Shown here: in pieces, positions 62,412 to 64,000 of the stretch
Numbering within the stretch: the stretch's first letter is position 1
Layout of the letters: every line of letters begins with the position of its first letter
DNA from: Octopus vulgaris
Taxonomy: Eukaryota
Reading direction: 5' to 3'
DNA: 64,000 nucleotides
Assembly (NCBI GenBank): GCA_951406725.2
Contig: OX597814.1
Coordinates: forward strand, 207,824,001-207,888,000
The notes under the pieces: generated by a model
The model's database searches: none
Told to the model about the DNA's origin: nothing
The model's input: the letters and a program-made list of their open reading frames with translations, nothing else
Program-made: the position numbers and the translations under genes

Positions 62412-64000
62412 CTAGTGAAGAGAGAAAGATGTAAATTAGAAGATGAGTAGTGTAAATATAAGACATTGCCTTAACTGATTCCTCAGTTTCCAAATTCAAT
62501 TGATAAAAAGGTATATAGCAAATCATGACATGACATTTAAAAAAAAAAATTAGGTTAGGCACTGTTTATCTCCCTATGAATAAGATATTTAAAGCACTGC
62601 CAGACAAATGAGATTGATGTGACCAATGTCCAGTTTGAATCTCAGAACGTCTGCAACAGAGTAGACTTTGATCAAGACATTAAACTAAATAGATGTTAAA
62701 CTTGGAGTCATACTATGCTCCTCTTCCACTGTATCTTATGAACCTTGTGAATCATAGAAATTTTATTTAAACTTGTTTTTGAGAAATACATCTAAATAAC
62801 GAGCAAAAAGAACTGACTGAAATGTAGAACCAACAAAAACCTCAAAGTTAATAGTACAATAGAAGCCATACTAACTCTAGCAGTAATTTCATCTTTAAAT
62901 CATGGGCAAATGCAAACAATGTTAAGAGTTTTCCTGTTATATTTCTTATGCTGCCGAATTTTTTTCTTTTTTCCTATTTAATAATAGTTGGAACAAGATT
63001 ACGTATCAATTGTTTAAAATCTGTAAGTGACATAATACCTATTCTTAGGAACATTATGGAGTATCTCACATTACAGATGGAGGGTAGGATGTTAGTGATG
63101 AAAAGGTAAGGTTTCATCATCATCATCATTTAGCGTCCGCTTTCCATGCTAGCATGGGTTGGACGGTGCAACTGGGGTCTGGGAAGCCAGAAGGCTGCAT
63201 CAGGCCCAGTCTGATCTGGCAATGTTTCTACGGCTGGATGCCCTTCCTAACGCCAACCACTCCATGAGTGTAGTGGGTGCTTTTTACGTGCCACCGGCAC
63301 AGGTGCCAGACGAGGCTGGCAAACGGCCACGATCGGGTGGTGCTTTTTATGTGCCACCGGCACGGAAGCCAGGTGTTCAACTGAAATCTGAAACTAGACT
63401 GCAGTGCTGGTTAACTGAAAGCTTAATTTTATTCAATAACTCACATCAGGAGATTAATGGTTAATTCAAAATCATAAGGAAGAAAGTTTGGTCAACGAAC
63501 TCTTTTAACCATGTCTAGCATGAGATGTTTAATAAAAAGAATATAGAACTAATCACTAAAACAACAAAATAATTCATCATCATCGTTTAACGTTCGTTTT
63601 CTGTGCTAGCACGGGTTGGACGCATTCAACCGGGGTCTGGGAAGCCAGGAGGCTGCCCCAGGCTCCAGTCTGATCGGGCAGTGTTTCTACAGCTGGATGC
63701 CCTTCCTAATGCCAACCACTCTGTGAGTGTAGTGGGTGCTTTTTATGTGCTACTGGCACAGGTGCCAGGGGAGGCCTGCAACAGCCATGATCAGTTGGTG
63801 CTTTTTATGTGCCACCGGTACAGAAGCCAGTCAAGGTGGCGCTGGCATCGGTCACGTTCGGATGGTGCTTTTTATGTGCTACCGGCACAGGTATCACAAC
63901 TACAATTTCCATTTGATATTTATTTTGATGTTGATGTACTTGACTCAATAAGTCTCCTCAAGCACAGCAGGTCACCCTACAATCCAAGGTAAGCACAGCA

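Overview
AT-rich, repeat-dense animal genomic DNA. The SINE families and the (TA)/(CA) microsatellite load suggest a coleoid cephalopod, probably Octopus (inference). The only host gene I can support is the 3' end of a minus-strand GMPPA (mannose-1-phosphate guanyltransferase alpha): three GT-AG exons at 62319-62411, 60020-60191 and 55389-55489 that splice in frame to a ...KNQIIL* terminus. The rest is layered transposon debris: at least five tRNA-derived SINE types, CR1/L2-like and RTE-like LINE remnants, a Penelope GIY-YIG fragment, mariner and pogo-like transposases, a Gypsy integrase, a non-autonomous Helitron, and Merlin-like, piggyBac-like and pogo-like MITEs. The most striking unannotated signal is a set of minimal type-I hammerhead ribozyme motifs (CTGANGA...GAAA...UH) from several unrelated sequence families. 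They sit in Penelope-like termini embedded in (TA)n tracts. Three loci are tail-to-tail inverted repeats with one motif on each strand, including a ~3.07 kb near-perfect palindrome (32283-35349), and two related copies show compensatory stem changes. Most ORFs in the supplied track are microsatellite or SINE translation artefacts.
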